NCBI GenBank assembly: GCA_963666975.2
Contig: CAXVYR010000003.1
Location: forward strand, 320,001-384,000
Source of the DNA: Terriglobia bacterium
GTDB taxonomy: Bacteria; Acidobacteriota; Terriglobia; 2-12-FULL-54-10
Reading direction: 5' to 3'
Length of the DNA: 64,000 nucleotides
A program made the translations under genes and the position numbers. Below the pieces are notes generated by a model, which had not been told where the DNA came from, did not search any database, and was given only the letters and a program-made list of their open reading frames with translations. Of this stretch, positions 1-11,334 are shown one piece after another (position 1 is the first letter of the stretch; each line of letters starts with the position of its first letter).

Positions 1-348
1 GAAACGGTCGTGTCCGCGCTCATCGAGCACGCCAGACAACTACCGACGGAACTCTATAAATCGCTGACGTGGGATCGGGGTTTGGAAATGGCCGATCACA
101 AGCGGTTCACCCTGGCGACAGACATTGCTGTGTACTTCTGCGATCCGAAAAGTCCATGGCAACGGGGTTCGAACGAAAACACGAATGGTCTGCTCCGACA
201 GTACTTTCCTAAAGGGACGGACTTGTCCCTATACTCACAGGAGTATCTGGACAAGATCGCACGGAAACTCAACGAACGGCCCCGTCAGACGCTGGAGTTC
301 GCAACTCCGGCTGAGACATTTATCTCATGTGTTGCATCGACCGGTTGA
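1..348 (+). mobile_element. IS30-family transposase, C-terminal part (5' end outside window)
   Basis: Motifs LTWDRGLEM and YFCDPKSPWQRGSNENTNGLLRQYFPKG are typical of IS30 DDE transposases; the ORF ends in CVASTG*, running into the presumed right end. Confidence 0.92.
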
Positions 349-413
349 GCTGGCACGGCTTCTGGGAAGTTAGGGGCGAACGAAACGGTGCTTCCAAATT
401 TTCTTCCAAAACG

Positions 414-2582
414 TCAAGCAGTACGCAAGTCTTCTGCACGGATGGGCAAGCGACGGATGCGCTTGCCCGTAGCCGCGAAGATCGCGTTGACTACGGCCGA
501 GGCAATGGGTGGGGTGGACACCTCGCCAGCCCCGCCTGGACTTTCCGTGCTCGGCAGGATGTGCACCTCCACCTCGGGCACTTCGTTTATGCGCAGCATC
601 GGGTAGTCGTGGAAATTGCTTTGGGCGACCCGACCGTTCGTGATGGTGATCTCCCCGTGGAGAGCTGCCGTGAGACCAAAGACGATCCCGCCCTCCACCT
701 GCGCCTCAATGGTGTCGGGATTGATAATCCATCCGCAATCCACGGCGCAAACGACGCGGTGCACCCGCACCTTGCCGTCCGGCGCCACCGAGACCTCCGC
801 GACCTGGGCGACATAACTCCCAATCTCCTCTAGAACAGAGATGCCCCGAAAACGCCCCCGGGGCAGCGGCGTGCCCCAACCGGCTTTTTCGGCTGCGACA
901 TCTAAAACGCCTCGCAGGCGAGGCTCTTTGTCCAGCAACTGGCGCCGGAATTCATAAGGGTCTTTTCCGGCGGCGGCGGCGAGCTCGTCAATAAACGATT
1001 CTGTGACGTAGCCGGCGACCGAACCGCCCGGGGCACGCCAAAAACCGACCGGAATACCTGGAAGATAGTTGATGTATTCGGTGCGCCGGTTGGGAATGTC
1101 GTAAGGCATCGACCGTATCCCACCGACGGATATCGGATCCACGCCCATCCTCTCCACGACAACCGGTGCAACCCGGGAGAAAATGGAAGGTTGCATTATG
1201 CGCGCCTTCCAGCCGATGGGCATTCCGGATTCATCCAGCGCGGCCCAATACCGAACATACGTCACAGGGCGGTAATAGTCGTGCTGCATGTCATCTTCCC
1301 GCGTCCAGATAACTTTGACCGGACGGCCAACCGCTTTGGAAATTTCGACCGCTTCAGCAACATAGTCTGCTTCGCCTCGCCGTCCGAAGCCGCCGCCAAC
1401 ATACTGCGGGTGTATCTTCACCCGGGATTCAGGCAGTCCTGTGATCCTCACGGCGGCATGATGGGCGCTCGTCTGCGACTGCGTGGGCGCCCAGACATCG
1501 CAACCGTCTTCGCGCACATCCGCGGTGCAGTTCATCGGTTCCATCGTGGCGTGGGCCAGATAGGGGAGTTCGTATGCGACCTCGAGTTGTCTGGCTGCGC
1601 CGGCAAATACTCTGTCGAAGTCGCCTTCGTTTTGCGCCACGCGGCCGGGTTGCCGAGTCGCCTCGGCCATCTCTCGGCGAATGCCCTCCGAATTCAGTGT
1701 GGCGAGGGAACCCTCATCCCAGTTCACGTCCAAAACTTCCAGGCCCTTCGTGGCCGCCCAAAACGTGTCGGCAACGACCGCAACGCCAGCACCTGAAGGA
1801 GAGGATTGAATCTCCATCACGTGTCGCACGCCCGGAATGGTCCTAGTCTTCTCGGCGCTAAAACTGGCTACCCTCCCGCCGAAGACGGGACAACGCAGGA
1901 TCCTGGCGATGAGCATATTGGGGACTTTGACGTCCATTCCGAAGGTCGCGCTTCCATTGACCTTTGCCGGAATATCGCGGCGGGCCCGCGGCTGGCCGAG
2001 GAGCCGGAAATTGTTCGGATCCTTGAGGGAGACCTGCTCGGGGACTGGCAGGGTGGCTGCCTTTTCTACGAGTTCTCCGTATCGAAGATGGCGGCCGCTG
2101 GCCGTGTGGGTGACCACTCCCTTTTCGGTCGAGAGACTCTCTTCGGGGACTCCCCAGGTCTGCGCAGCGGCAGTCACAAGCATGGCGCGCGCCGCAGCGC
2201 CGGCCTCGCGCATCGGCTTCCAGTACCCTCGCACACTTTGGCTGGCAGCGGTCGTCTGATCTCCGTCCATGTTGACGTTGCCATAGGCCTTGTCGGCTCC
2301 CACCCATTCCAGTTTCACCTTGTTCCAGTCGGCGTCGAGATCCTCGGCCACCAGCATCGGCATGGCGGTCATCACGCCTTGCCCCATTTCGATCTGCGTC
2401 AGTAGGACTGTCACGCTGTCGTCCGGGGCAATGCGCAGCCAGATGTTCGGCGCGAAGACGCCGACTTGGCCTTTGGCCGGTTTCAACAAGCCAGGAAGAT
2501 AAAGGCCGATCACCAAACCACCGCCCGCCGCGGCTCCTACCTTGAGGAAGGTTCGTCTTGTGAGATTCGTTGCTGTGCCCAT
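414..2582 (-). CDS. Xanthine dehydrogenase family molybdopterin-binding subunit (isoquinoline 1-oxidoreductase beta-like), Tat signal
   Basis: N-terminal TRRTFLK twin-arginine motif; [23 protein letters not shown] and GGAGE Mo-hydroxylase motifs. Confidence 0.92.
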   Translation of the reverse strand: MGTATNLTRRTFLKVGAAAGGGLVIGLYLPGLLKPAKGQVGVFAPNIWLRIAPDDSVTVLLTQIEMGQGVMTAMPMLVAEDLDADWNKVKLEWVGADKAYGNVNMDGDQTTAASQSVRGYWKPMREAGAAARAMLVTAAAQTWGVPEESLSTEKGVVTHTASGRHLRYGELVEKAATLPVPEQVSLKDPNNFRLLGQPRARRDIPAKVNGSATFGMDVKVPNMLIARILRCPVFGGRVASFSAEKTRTIPGVRHVMEIQSSPSGAGVAVVADTFWAATKGLEVLDVNWDEGSLATLNSEGIRREMAEATRQPGRVAQNEGDFDRVFAGAARQLEVAYELPYLAHATMEPMNCTADVREDGCDVWAPTQSQTSAHHAAVRITGLPESRVKIHPQYVGGGFGRRGEADYVAEAVEISKAVGRPVKVIWTREDDMQHDYYRPVTYVRYWAALDESGMPIGWKARIMQPSIFSRVAPVVVERMGVDPISVGGIRSMPYDIPNRRTEYINYLPGIPVGFWRAPGGSVAGYVTESFIDELAAAAGKDPYEFRRQLLDKEPRLRGVLDVAAEKAGWGTPLPRGRFRGISVLEEIGSYVAQVAEVSVAPDGKVRVHRVVCAVDCGWIINPDTIEAQVEGGIVFGLTAALHGEITITNGRVAQSNFHDYPMLRINEVPEVEVHILPSTESPGGAGEVSTPPIASAVVNAIFAATGKRIRRLPIRAEDLRTA

Positions 2583-2583
2583 G

Positions 2584-3048
2584 TTACGCCTCCGCTCGGA
2601 TCGTTTGCGCCGCGCGGTGAATGGCACGGCGGATGCGCTGGTAGGTCCCGCACCGGCAGATGTTGCCCGACATGGCGTTGTTGATGTCCTCGTCGGTGGG
2701 GTTGGGGTTGCGGACCAGCAAGAAAGCTGCCGACATGATCTGTCCAGACTGGCAATAGCCGCACTGGGGCACCTGCTCGGTGATCCATGCCAGTTGCAGG
2801 GCGTGCGTGGAATCGACCGAGAGGCCTTCGATGGTCGTAATCTTCTTCCCGGCAGCCGTCGAGACTAGAGTGCTGCAAGAGCGGACTGGAGTGCCATCCA
2901 GATGCACGGTGCAGGCGCCGCACTGCGCTATGCCGCAGCCGAACTTCGTTCCGGTCATTCCCAGCGTCTCCCGGATGACCCACAGCAAAGGGGTGTCCGG
3001 GCTGACGTCCACTTCGCGTTGCTTTCCATTGACGTTCAGAGAAATCAT
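2584..3048 (-). CDS. (2Fe-2S)-binding subunit of Mo-hydroxylase (IorA/CoxS-like)
   Basis: [25 protein letters not shown] and NICRCGTY motifs; adjacent to the large subunit. Confidence 0.95.
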   Translation of the reverse strand: MISLNVNGKQREVDVSPDTPLLWVIRETLGMTGTKFGCGIAQCGACTVHLDGTPVRSCSTLVSTAAGKKITTIEGLSVDSTHALQLAWITEQVPQCGYCQSGQIMSAAFLLVRNPNPTDEDINNAMSGNICRCGTYQRIRRAIHRAAQTIRAEA

Positions 3049-3239
3049 GGCCAACTCCTGAATGTGCGAATTCCCTGCGTGAATTTAAGTCGCCCGCAGA
3101 GAAGGGATCTGGTATGGCAAAGTTTATCCATTCCCGGTGGCGTGAGCAAGGAGGAAAATGCAGATAAATGGTGGTAGTGGGCAAAGTCACTACACCCACT
3201 ACAGGGTCTGTGAAGGCTGCCAAATCGCCCGACCACCAA

Positions 3240-3268
3240 TTGCTTTTCCCTCTTCACTCGTGTAATCT
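3240..3268 (+). promoter_or_regulatory. Putative sigma70 promoter of the kinase stub (TTGCTT-17 bp-TAATCT)
   Basis: The same hexamers and spacing, with shared ctcgtg, recur at about 33311-33339. Confidence 0.45.
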
Positions 3269-3302
3269 TTTCCCGATCTATTCAATCTGGCGGGGTTAAA
3301 GC

Positions 3303-3506
3303 GTGCCCATATCCCCAGGTGCCCGTCTTGGCTCATACGAGGTCCTCAGCCCGCTAGGTGCGGGTGGGATGGGAGAGGTCTATCACGCACGCGACAGCGG
3401 GCTGGGGCGCGAAGTCGCCATTAAGGTTTTGCCGGATGCCCTCGCGCAGGACCCCGATCGGCTGTCGCGGTTCGAGCGTGAGGCGCGCCTGCTGGCTTCC
3501 GTGAAT
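3303..3506 (+). pseudogene. Ser/Thr protein kinase, N-terminal fragment only
   Basis: [20 protein letters not shown]...VAIKVL...[11 protein letters not shown] (subdomains I-III), after which homology stops. Confidence 0.9.
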
Positions 3507-3687
3507 TACATTACTAACGGGACAAAGGCATCGCATCAATATCTTGTAGCGAACGAAGTCCGATTCAGGCGGGGACAAATTTGGCTGAATGCGGAAGTGG
3601 TTTCTTAGGTGAAGATTCTTGGCTGAGAGACCTTACCAACAAATCATCCTTTGGTCCCTGTTTCCGAGTGAGGAGGTTTTTCTTAAC

Positions 3688-5685
3688 ATGATCCTTCCGA
3701 GACGGCGAAGAATCCATACTTTTGTTTTGTTGCTTGCCTTTATGGCCGCCCACCAGATTGGCTTGTCTCAGCAACGACCTGAAGGGGGGCTGATGGTCTT
3801 GAAAGGCGCAACCTTAATTGACGGCACTGGAGGACCACCGCTCCCGGAGGCGGTGATTGTAATCGAGGGGGATAAATTCAAAGCCGTCGGTGGAAAGGGA
3901 ACCACTTACCCATCCGACGCCACAGTCTTGGATCTCTCAGGGAAATTTGTGATTCCCGGGTTTGTCGACGGTCATACTCACTATCGGCCATGGAGTGCGG
4001 AATTGTATCTCAATCACGGTGTGACAACGATTATTTTCCAGGGCGCGAGAAACTCCAATGGCATTGGCGAGGAGGCCTATCGAGCTTCGCAGCAGAGTAG
4101 CGTCAGAACACCGAGAATTTATGACCATGGGGGCCACTGGTTAACATTGTCTGCTTCCATGAACCGCGAACAGCTTAGATTGGCCGTTCGCGATTGGCTG
4201 AAGACGAATCCGGATAGTGCCCAGCTGCCAACCCTTACCAAAGGTGGTAATAAGGACGTGGTCCCATGGCCGGAAGTGTTGGGAGAGGGGCCCTCCCTTG
4301 CCGAGAGTAATCAGCAAGTGATCCAATGGGCGGCGGAGGAAATTCATGAGGCGGGACTGGTCACATTAGGACACACGGAGGATTGTCTGGATTCTGTCCG
4401 AGCGGGGCTGGACATTATTGAGCATTTGTGGGGATGCGCTCAGCATCTGATGACTCCGCAAGAGCTGGAAGGCTTCCAAAAGGGCGAGTATCTGCATTGG
4501 GGTTCGTTCTTGAAAGGTCAGACGAAAATCGACCAGATGATCAAAGAGATGGTTCAACTAGGAGCCTATATCAATCCTACCCTGGTTTACGTTTTCGCTG
4601 GTTTCTCCCCTTTGGCCCACAAACACGAGCTGGAAGCCTACAACCTCTATAGAGACCCTGCGCTGATGACCTACTACTCGCAGAATCTTGCCCTGGGATT
4701 GCTTCAGAAATTAAGATCCGTCCAACAGTATTCGACGAAATACCCGGCGCAGGTTGCCATCAAACACCTTAGCGACAAGGATTGGCAGGAGCTTAAAGAG
4801 GCCTACCGCCTACACGGCGCATTTGTGAAGAGGTGGGTCGAATTGGGGGGGAAAGTCATGGGTGGGGTCGATGATCCCCAAACAGGAACCGCAGGGCTCA
4901 GTAACCACTGGGAAATGGCAATGCTTGTGGAGTCTGGGCTGACACCGATGCAAGCGCTACAGGCTCAAACCCTCTGGAATGCGGAATATCTCACCGCGAG
5001 ACGAAAAACTCCCACGAAGCCCATGGTGGGATGGGTTGGGCCTGGAACTTATGCCGACCTGGTCGTTCTTACAGCTAACCCATTGGACAATATCGAAAAC
5101 ACAAAAAAGATCGAGCGGGTGATGAAAGGCGGGCAGTTTGTGAGGTTAGGCTACACGCCTTACTTTACAACGGGGGTGACCGAGGCCCAGCAAAACAAGC
5201 AAATCCTGGACTATGTGATCAGCACGGGGATGTTTGCCTCGGTTGAGTTGCATGAGGCTTTGGATCGACCTTCCTCATCCGCATTAGGGATGATGGGGCC
5301 GCTCGTAGCCGTTTTTCCTACCCCAGAGCCCGAGATCAGCGCTATTGCGCCCCATACGGTTGCGGAAGGGTCTCCGGAATTCGAGATGCTGGTGGAGGGC
5401 GTAGGTTTTGTGCTAGACTCCGTCGTCCAAGTGGATGGTGTGGCAGTCCCCACGACCTTTGTCAACCTCCGCACCCTGAAGGCCAAGATACCAGCGAATG
5501 CTGTTGCGAGCGCCATACCGAACCGGTTCACCCCGGCTGGAGCTTCTCAGCGAGTAGGAATTTACGGCGATCGTACAGTGAGGATTACTGTGTTTAATGG
5601 TCCTCCAGATGGCGGAACCTCAAACAGTGTTTCGCTGAGGGTGATGGCCAAGTGGTTGGCGGATGAGAAGAAACTGGTAAATTAA
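3688..5685 (+). CDS. Secreted amidohydrolase family protein with C-terminal IPT/TIG-like domain
   Basis: Signal peptide, LIDGTG, IPGFVDGHTH, GLTPMQAL, ADLVVL; C-terminal PEISAIAP...TTFVNLRTLKAKIP; aggagg upstream. Confidence 0.85.
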   Translation: MILPRRRRIHTFVLLLAFMAAHQIGLSQQRPEGGLMVLKGATLIDGTGGPPLPEAVIVIEGDKFKAVGGKGTTYPSDATVLDLSGKFVIPGFVDGHTHYRPWSAELYLNHGVTTIIFQGARNSNGIGEEAYRASQQSSVRTPRIYDHGGHWLTLSASMNREQLRLAVRDWLKTNPDSAQLPTLTKGGNKDVVPWPEVLGEGPSLAESNQQVIQWAAEEIHEAGLVTLGHTEDCLDSVRAGLDIIEHLWGCAQHLMTPQELEGFQKGEYLHWGSFLKGQTKIDQMIKEMVQLGAYINPTLVYVFAGFSPLAHKHELEAYNLYRDPALMTYYSQNLALGLLQKLRSVQQYSTKYPAQVAIKHLSDKDWQELKEAYRLHGAFVKRWVELGGKVMGGVDDPQTGTAGLSNHWEMAMLVESGLTPMQALQAQTLWNAEYLTARRKTPTKPMVGWVGPGTYADLVVLTANPLDNIENTKKIERVMKGGQFVRLGYTPYFTTGVTEAQQNKQILDYVISTGMFASVELHEALDRPSSSALGMMGPLVAVFPTPEPEISAIAPHTVAEGSPEFEMLVEGVGFVLDSVVQVDGVAVPTTFVNLRTLKAKIPANAVASAIPNRFTPAGASQRVGIYGDRTVRITVFNGPPDGGTSNSVSLRVMAKWLADEKKLVN

Positions 5686-5699
5686 CAGCGTACCAACCT

Positions 5700-5862
5700 T
5701 TCGACTGTGACGTGCACCGGGTTGCCAACTATGACCTCGTACCCGATGGACAGCGGTTCCTGATGATTCAGCCTATTGAGCAAGAAGGCGCTAGTATCCA
5801 AATCAACGTCGTCCTGAACTGGTTTTGAAGAGCTGAAGCAGCGTGTACCAACGGGGAACTGA
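5700..5862 (+). pseudogene. Ser/Thr kinase (TolB/PD40-tail type), extreme C-terminal fragment, frameshifted
   Basis: Reads NYDLVPDGQRFLMIQ...QINVVLNWF/(+1)EELKQRVPTGN*, a tail I recognise from acidobacterial kinase-PD40 proteins. Confidence 0.7.
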
Positions 5863-5935
5863 TGAGTCTGAAATCCGGCAGCCACTACTCATCTTGCAGC
5901 AGATTCATTTCTTCCAAAGGAGACCGAATACTCCT

Positions 5936-5992
5936 ATGACAAAGGCCGACTTGATTGCCAAAGTTTCGCAAGCAGTGGAGATGACTCGGAAA
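5936..5992 (+). pseudogene. HU/IHF-family DNA-binding protein N-terminus, truncated by IS6
   Basis: MTKADLIAKVSQAVEMTRK with upstream aaggag, ending exactly at the IS6 inverted repeat. Confidence 0.7.
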
Positions 5993-6788
5993 GGCACTGT
6001 CAAGTTAACGGAACGAAGGCGAGATTCTCCCCAAAACGACCGGAGTCCACAATCTCTCAGCAGACGCACGTCACCTCTCTCCAATCGGAAAAAGCCCGGT
6101 CCCGAAGGAGTCGGTGATGAGCGGCCTTAAGATGATGACGACCGACTCGGAACAGGTTTTGAATGGGACCGTGAACTGAGAGAAAACGTTGGGCCTGTAC
6201 TATTGATTTGAATCGTCTCATCTGGCGTTCTTGCTGACGCGTTGGCTGATGAGAAACTTCAGCCCGGTTGTTCTCGTATTGACCGGTGCGATGAACAACG
6301 GAAGGGAATATCTCCCGATGTGCAGCCCCATAACTCCGCAACTTGTCGGTGATCAGTTGCCAGGGTGCTTGTCTCTGATGTTTCAACATTTTACGAAAGA
6401 AGCGCGTAGCGGCTCGACGATCTCTACGCTTGGTAACCAGAATATCGATCACGTCTCCATCCTGATCGACGGCTCGCCATAAATAGAGGTACTGCCCTTG
6501 GATAGTGATGAAGAGTTCATCGACGTGCCAGATATCGCCGAGCCGCCCCTGCTTCCTCCGCAGATTGCGCGTATAGGCCGGACCGAACTTCAGACACCAA
6601 AACCGAATTCCCTCGTAAGAAACAATGATGCCTCGCTCAGCAAGCATTTCCTCGACGTCTCGAAAGCTGAGCGTGAACCGATGGTACAGCCAGACGGCGT
6701 GGCTGATAATTTCAGGTGGAAAGCGATGCCCTCGATATTGTGATTCCATCGGTCGATTGTCGCCGACGGACGTTAACTTGACAATGCC
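5993..6788 (-). mobile_element. IS6-family insertion sequence
   Basis: Terminal IRs GGCACTGTCAAGTTAAC / GTTAACTTGACAATGCC enclose the transposase. Confidence 0.95.
6057..6749 (-). CDS. IS6-family transposase
   Basis: YRGHRFPPEIISHAVWLY, WHVDE, YLWRAVDQ, ITDKLRSY, NNRAEVSHQP. Confidence 0.95.
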   Translation of the reverse strand: MESQYRGHRFPPEIISHAVWLYHRFTLSFRDVEEMLAERGIIVSYEGIRFWCLKFGPAYTRNLRRKQGRLGDIWHVDELFITIQGQYLYLWRAVDQDGDVIDILVTKRRDRRAATRFFRKMLKHQRQAPWQLITDKLRSYGAAHREIFPSVVHRTGQYENNRAEVSHQPTRQQERQMRRFKSIVQAQRFLSVHGPIQNLFRVGRHHLKAAHHRLLRDRAFSDWREVTCVC

Positions 6789-9700
6789 ATCACGACTGTA
6801 GCGGGTACGACATGGATCTTCCGGGGCGACGGCGGTCCGGCGATCGATGCGCCGCTGGGACGGGTTGGGGGAGTCGCGGTGGACCCGTCCGGTAATCTGT
6901 TCGTGGCGGATTCTGGCAACCACCTGGTGGTGAAGATTTCTCCCACGGGCATTCTCACCGTAGTGGCGGGAAACGGATTCTATGACTTTTCCGGAGATGG
7001 CGGGCCGGCCCGCAGTGCCTCACTGGGTGAGCCGAACGACGTTGCAATGGACGCCGCAGGCAACTTGTACATCGCAGACTCCGGCAACAGTCGCATCCGC
7101 AAGGTCAGCCCCGACGGGATTATCACCACCGTGGCGGGCAACGGGGAATACGATTTTTCCGGGGATGGCGGCCCGGCCACCAGTGCCTCCCTGAATTTTC
7201 CCCGGGCTGTAGCGGTGGACGCGGCCGGCAATCTCTACATCGCTGACACTGAGAACCACCGCATCCGCAAGGTCAGCCCCGACGGCATTCTCACCACCGT
7301 GGCCGGGGATGGGTTTACGGACAGTTTCGGGAACGGGCGGTATGCGGGCGACGGGGGCCTGGCCATCAACGCCTCGCTCAATCTTCCAGAGGACGTGGCG
7401 GTCGATGCGGCCGGCAACCTCTACATCGCCGACACGGAGAACCACCGAATCCGCATGGTCAGCACCGAGGGGATTACCTCAACGGTAGCGGGCAATGGAG
7501 ATTTAGATTTTGCCGGTGACGGCGGCCCAGCCAGCAGCGCCTCTTTGTACAATCCCGCCGGCGTGGCGGTGGATTCGGCGGGCAACCTGTATATCGCCGA
7601 CACCTTCCACAACCGCATCCGCAAGGTCAGCTTTCTAGGGGATATCACCACCCTGGCCGGTAATGGGATGGGAGCTTCTCCTTTTCCGGGGATGGGGGGC
7701 CGGCTGCCAGCGCCTCGCTGGGAGACCCGGAGGGTGTGGCGGTGGATGCGTCCGGCAACCTCTATATTGCGGACACGCGGAACCTTCGCATCCGCAAGGT
7801 AAGTTCTTCCGACGGGACCATTAGCACCGTGGCTGGCAGCGGTCAGTTCAAATTCGCGGGCGACGATGGTCCAGCCACCAGCGCCTCCTTGAACAACCCC
7901 AGCAGTGTGGCGGTGGATTCGTCCGGGTACCTGTATATCGCAGACGAGTTTAACAACCGCATCCGCAAGGTCAGCCCCGGCGGGATCATCACCACGGTAG
8001 CTGGCGAGGGGATGTTCGGCTTCTCCGGCGATGGCGGGTCGGCTACCAGTGCCAGGCTGGATAGCCCGAAGGGTGTGGCTCTGGATGCAGCCGGGAACCT
8101 TTATATCGCCGACACGGACAACGCCCGCATCCGCAAGGTCAGTCCCGACGGAATCATCAACACCGTGGCTGGCGGGGGAGAGATTTTTCCCGGCAATGGC
8201 GATGGCGGGCCGGCCACCAGCGCCAGTCTGGATTCTGCCGTCGGTGTAGCCGTGGATACGGCCGGCAATCTCTACATTGCCGAACGTGGCAGCGCCCGGA
8301 TTCGCAAAGTTAGTTTTGTAGGGATCATCACCACAGTAGCTGGCAACGGGACGTTCGGCTTTTCCGGGGACGGCGGTCCGGCCACCAGTGCCCAACTGGA
8401 TTTTCCCGTTGATGTAGCGGTAGACGCGGCTGGAAACCTGTACATTGCTGACACCGATAACCATCGCATTCGCAAGGTCGATTCGGGCGGGATCATCACC
8501 ACCGTGGCTGGCAACGGAGTTGACTCCTTTTCCGGAGATAGCGGACCCGCTACCGACGCCTCTATAGATTTGCCCTCCGGGGTGGCCGTGGATGCAGCGG
8601 GCAACCTGTTTATCAATGACACTTATAACTTCCGGATCCGCAAGGTCGATTCCAGTGGGATGATCACCACCGTGGCCGGAGGCGGAGAGGATTTTGGGGA
8701 TGGGGGGCCAGCTACCAGCGCCGTGCTCGATTTTCCCTTTGATGTTACGGTTGATGGCTCAAACAACCTATACATCGCCGACGCCGGCGGCGACCGGATT
8801 CGCAAGGTTTTGGCCATCGCTCCTCCTTTCTCGGTTGCTCCCGCAATTCTGAGTTTCACGGCACCAGCCGGTACGCAGATACTCTCTCCTCAACAGATTA
8901 CCGTTTCCAGCAGCGCCTTCGGTCTGCTGTGGAGCGCGCAGGAATCGACGGTAACCGGCGGCGGTTGGCTAGCCCTTTCTCCTGCCTCCGGCTCGGCGCC
9001 GGGCATTATAGACGTTTTCGTGAACGCGGCCAGCTTGACTCCGGGGACCTACGCCGGCGCGGTGACGGTGGAAGCGCCGGGAGCTTCTCCCTCGACTCAA
9101 GCCGTGGCGGTGGAGCTAACGGTGACGGCGGCGGCGGCGGCACAACTGGCTGTGGAGCCTGCGGCGATGACGTTTGAGGCCGCTTCCGGGTTCGGCAACC
9201 CGGCTGTGCAGGAGTTGCGCATCGGCAACGCCGGCGGCGGGACGCTCAACTGGACGGCGCAGGCCTCGACGGTCGCGGGCGGCAACTGGCTGAATGTGTC
9301 GGCAACGTCCGGGACAGCCTCGGCTGGCTCGCCGGCTATGGTAGCGATCAGCGCCAATGTAGCCGGGCTGGCAGCGCCTGCGGTGTATTCCGGCTCGATC
9401 GTGGTGGACGGAGGAAGCAGCGGGACGAAGACGGTGGCGGTGACATTGCTGCTGACCCAGGCGACACAGACGATCCAGCTCAGCCAGAGCGGGCTGCTGT
9501 TCACGGGAGTGGAAGGCGGAGGAGTGTCGCCGGTGCAAACCTTCGGGATTGCGAACGCGGAACAGGGCACGATGAACTGGACGGCGCAAGCGACGACAAT
9601 CTCGGGAGGCAACTGGCTGACGGTTTCCCCGATGAGCGGCAGCAGCGTGGCAGGGACGGCGGAGGTGCCGCGCGTGGAGGTCAGAGCGAACGCCAGCGGG

Positions 9701-11251
9701 CTGAGCGCGGGGCAGTACGGCGGGCTGATTCAGATCGACGCGCCGGGAGCGAACAACGCGCCGCGGTTTGTGAGCGTGACGCTGAACGTGCTGGCGGCGG
9801 GGAGCAATCCGGGGATTCAGGCGAGGCCGAGGGGATTGATCTTCGTGCGGCAGGCGGGGACTTCCTCGCCGGGCTCGCAAACGGTGCAGGTGGCGACGGC
9901 GGCTGCGGGCAGCCTGGAAGTGGTGGCAAACCCGTCCACATTCCAGGGCGGGAACTGGCTGGAGGCGGTGCCGCGGAACGTGACGTTCGCTGCGGGGCAG
10001 CCGAGGACGATCACGGTGCAACCGAAGCTGGGGACGCTGGCTGCGGGGGAATACTTCGGGGCGTTGACGCTGCTGTTCAGCGACAGGACGTCGCAGACGG
10101 TGAACGTGTTGTTTGTGGTGACGCCGGCAACGACGACACTGTCGGAAGTCGAACCGTTGCGCTCGCTTGACGGCGCGGCGCAGCAGCATTGCGTGGCGCA
10201 GCGGCTGTTTACGACGGGGAGAAGTCTGGGAAGCAATTTTGCCTCGCCGGTGGCGTGGCCGAGCCGGATCGAGGCGCAGGTGAAGGATGACTGCGACAAC
10301 CTGGTATCGGATGCGGCGGTGGTGGTCAGTTTTTCCAACGGCGATCCGCCGCTGGGGCTGGTTCCCCTGGGCCGGGGACTGTATGAAGGCACGTGGCGTC
10401 CGGCGCAAAACGGTTCGGTACGAATCACGGTGCGTGCCGAGCGGACGGCGCTGACGGCGGCGGAGGCGGTGCTGGACGGTCAGGTGACGGACAATCCGGC
10501 GGCTCCGGCGCTGTTTGCGGGTGGAATCGTGAATGCGGCGAGTTTTGCTCCGAACGAAGCGCTGGCGCCGGGCAGCATCGTCTCGGTGTTTGGGCGAAAC
10601 TTGGCCGAGGGGCTGAACCTGGCGACCGAGTTGCCGCTGAGCAAAAGGTTGGGCGGGGCGACGCTGGTGGTGGGCGGGATCGAGCAACCGCTGTTTTTCT
10701 CGAGCGAAGGACAGATCAACGCGCAACTGCCGTTTGATCTGACGCCGAACAGCCGGCCGCAGGTGGTGGTGCGGACGCAGCGGGGAGGCGGAGCGGAAGT
10801 GATCGGGGTGCCGGAGCCGATCACGATCGCGGTGGCGCGGCCGGGCATCTTTGCGCTGAATGCGGCGGGCACGGGGCAGGGGGCCGTTCTGCTGGCGAAT
10901 TCGGACGTGATCGCGGCTCCGGTTGGAAGCATACCGGGGCGGGCGGCGCGGCCGGCCAACCGCGGGGAGTTTCTTTCGATCTTCTGCACCGGACTGGGAG
11001 CGGTAACGAACCCGCCGGCGAGCGGAGCCGCGGCGGCAGGCGATCCGCTGTCGGAGACCATGGCGGCACCGAGCGTAACGATTGACGGCGTTCCGGCGAC
11101 GGTGATATTCTCCGGGCTGGCGCCGGGCTTTGTGGGGCTGTATCAGGTGAACGTGCAGATTCCGTCAGGAGTGGAACCGGGACCGGAAGTGCCGCTGGTC
11201 TTGTTCCAGAACGGCGTGCCCTCCAATACCGTCACTGTCGCCGTGCAGTAG
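6789..11251 (+). pseudogene. Large NHL (teneurin-like) repeat protein with BACON-like domains and Solibacter-type (TIGR03437-like) C-terminal domain; 5' end removed by IS6, frameshift near 7670-7700
   Basis: Many GDGGPA...VAVDAAGNLYIAD...RIRKV repeats; GGNWL-V-P domains; VNAASF...APGSIVSVFG...GLAPGFVGLYQVN tail; starts mid-repeat at the IS6 end. Confidence 0.88.
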
Positions 11252-11334
11252 TTACTTCGAGAAGTTAAACGGCCAACCGGACAAGTGCCCTTGTTTCGCG
11301 CAAATCGCAGCGACAAGGACGTCACCTCTCGATG

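Noticed and set aside
6750-6923. N-terminal extension of the IS6 transposase in the ORF track
   Set aside because: Crosses the IS inverted repeat into the antisense NHL gene; the true start is at 6749.
9116-10726. 536-aa Arg-rich - strand ORF
   Set aside because: Antisense artefact of the GC-rich NHL gene; the same applies to most other overlapping short ORFs in the track.
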